Shown here piece by piece: positions 63,935 through 64,000 of a stretch of 64,000 nucleotides of DNA. Origin of the DNA: a virus; the IMG/VR virus record IMGVR_UViG_3300021356_000011, positions 1 to 64,000 of that record, one strand, 5' to 3'. Positions within the stretch are counted from its first letter, which is position 1. Every line of letters starts with the position of its first letter. Both the position numbers and the translations under genes were made by a program. The notes beneath the pieces were generated by a model that searched no databases, was not told where the DNA came from, and worked only from the letters and a program-made list of their open reading frames with translations.

Positions 63935-64000
63935 ATGGCTGCTGCTTTTCCCGGTCAATTCAATACTTACATTCCAAGTACGGAAGCGACCGACAATTTG
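63935..64000 (+). CDS. Major capsid protein allele B (5' partial)
   Basis: MAAAFPGQFNTYIPSTEATDNL vs MASAPGQFNTYVPSTESTNNL at 3559. Confidence 0.8.
   Translation, partial: MAAAFPGQFNTYIPSTEATDNL

Larger units (their letters stand above)
59306..64000 (+). repeat. Copy B of diverged direct repeat of window start
   Basis: Same gene order and homologous proteins as 1-3620, with different inserts in the protease-scaffold gene. Confidence 0.95.

Noticed and set aside
1-64000. tRNA/rRNA genes, integrase, repressor, transposase
   Set aside because: None recognised by eye. Despite Mu-like head genes there is no sign of a transposable lifestyle. tRNAscan and HMM searches are needed to exclude them formally.

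Overview
The window holds an essentially complete ~59.3 kb tailed-phage genome unit. It has a Mu-like DUF935 portal, I-type prohead protease and gp36-type neck, and a short, probably non-contractile tail. The host is probably a Planctomycetota bacterium, inferred from the SSB, CsrA and RimI-like genes. Layout: head/tail operon (+, 0.3-15.8 kb); replication/recombination and small 'early' genes (-, 15.8-28.8 kb); divergent control region (~28.9-30.3 kb); then PolA/T7-RNAP-like polymerase, putative lysis genes, terminase, a 2363-aa portal and a lectin/adhesin cluster (+, 30.3-59.5 kb). From 59306 the sequence re-enters the start of the window as a diverged allele, giving two versions of the protease-scaffold gene with different inserted domains. 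The main candidate novel system is a set of head polyproteins. Portal and protease-scaffold carry enzymatic cargo domains (ADP-ribosyltransferase-like, SAM methyltransferase-like, an HDxxGH domain and others), which differ between the two scaffold alleles. The domains are bracketed by a recurring (Y/F/N)-x-K motif that may be the prohead-protease cleavage site. Other signals: a CACCACCAC start-associated element before early genes, a shared C-terminal 'xRL' tag on four adhesin-like proteins, degenerate Walker motifs in TerL, a nested scaffold start and a -1 frameshift in the tail chaperone. All family assignments come from motif recognition by eye; no searches were run.
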